NCBI GenBank assembly: GCA_024679065.1
Contig: JAGIQG010000004.1
Location: 32,302,001-32,366,000 of the forward strand
Direction of reading: 5' to 3'
Length of the DNA: 64,000 nt
Source of the DNA: Sphyrna mokarran
Lineage: Eukaryota
Made by a program: the position numbers and the translations under genes. Shown here one piece after another: positions 63,891 through 64,000 of the stretch; the stretch's first letter is position 1, and every line of letters starts with the position of its first letter. Under the pieces are notes generated by a model, which saw nothing but the letters and a program-made list of their open reading frames with translations, ran no database searches and was not told the origin of the DNA.

Positions 63891-64000
63891 ATCTAACCCC
63901 ATTAACATACCTTTTTTGTTCCTTTCCCCCATCTTTACATTCCCCTTGTATGTTTCCATGTTGGAATGTGAATCTCAACAGCTAACCATATCTTTACAGA

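Noticed and set aside
63278-63985. 235-aa and 178-aa Pro/Ser-rich ORFs (extensin/mucin-like)
   Set aside because: Low-complexity C-rich DNA open in several frames.

Overview
This window is eukaryotic, AT-rich and repeat-dense. It is almost certainly from an elasmobranch (shark) genome, as shown by many HE1 V-SINEs with their CR1/HER1 partner LINE tails, Penelope-like elements, Rex1/Babar LINEs, a Deu-domain SINE and GC-rich TIR elements. It reads as a large intron or intergenic stretch. No complete host gene is visible, and nearly all long ORFs are transposon relics or low-complexity artefacts. Main structures: (1) a decayed Gypsy LTR retrotransposon at about 2.85-7.43 kb (gag, protease, integrase, PPT, 3' LTR; RT/RNase H missing) carrying five nested insertions; (2) Penelope termini with minimal hammerhead-ribozyme motifs, including a fold-back mini-element; (3) a 2.2-kb solo LTR with a 4-bp TSD, sitting inside a CR1 and itself containing a Penelope; (4) a 42-bp minisatellite born inside a TIR element; (5) candidate minus-strand host exons (61728-61806, 32243-32424) that start with ATG and end in phase 2, one flanked by an exact 21-bp inverted repeat. 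Repeat boundaries were read by eye and are approximate (about +/-10-30 bp) unless a TIR or TSD is quoted.
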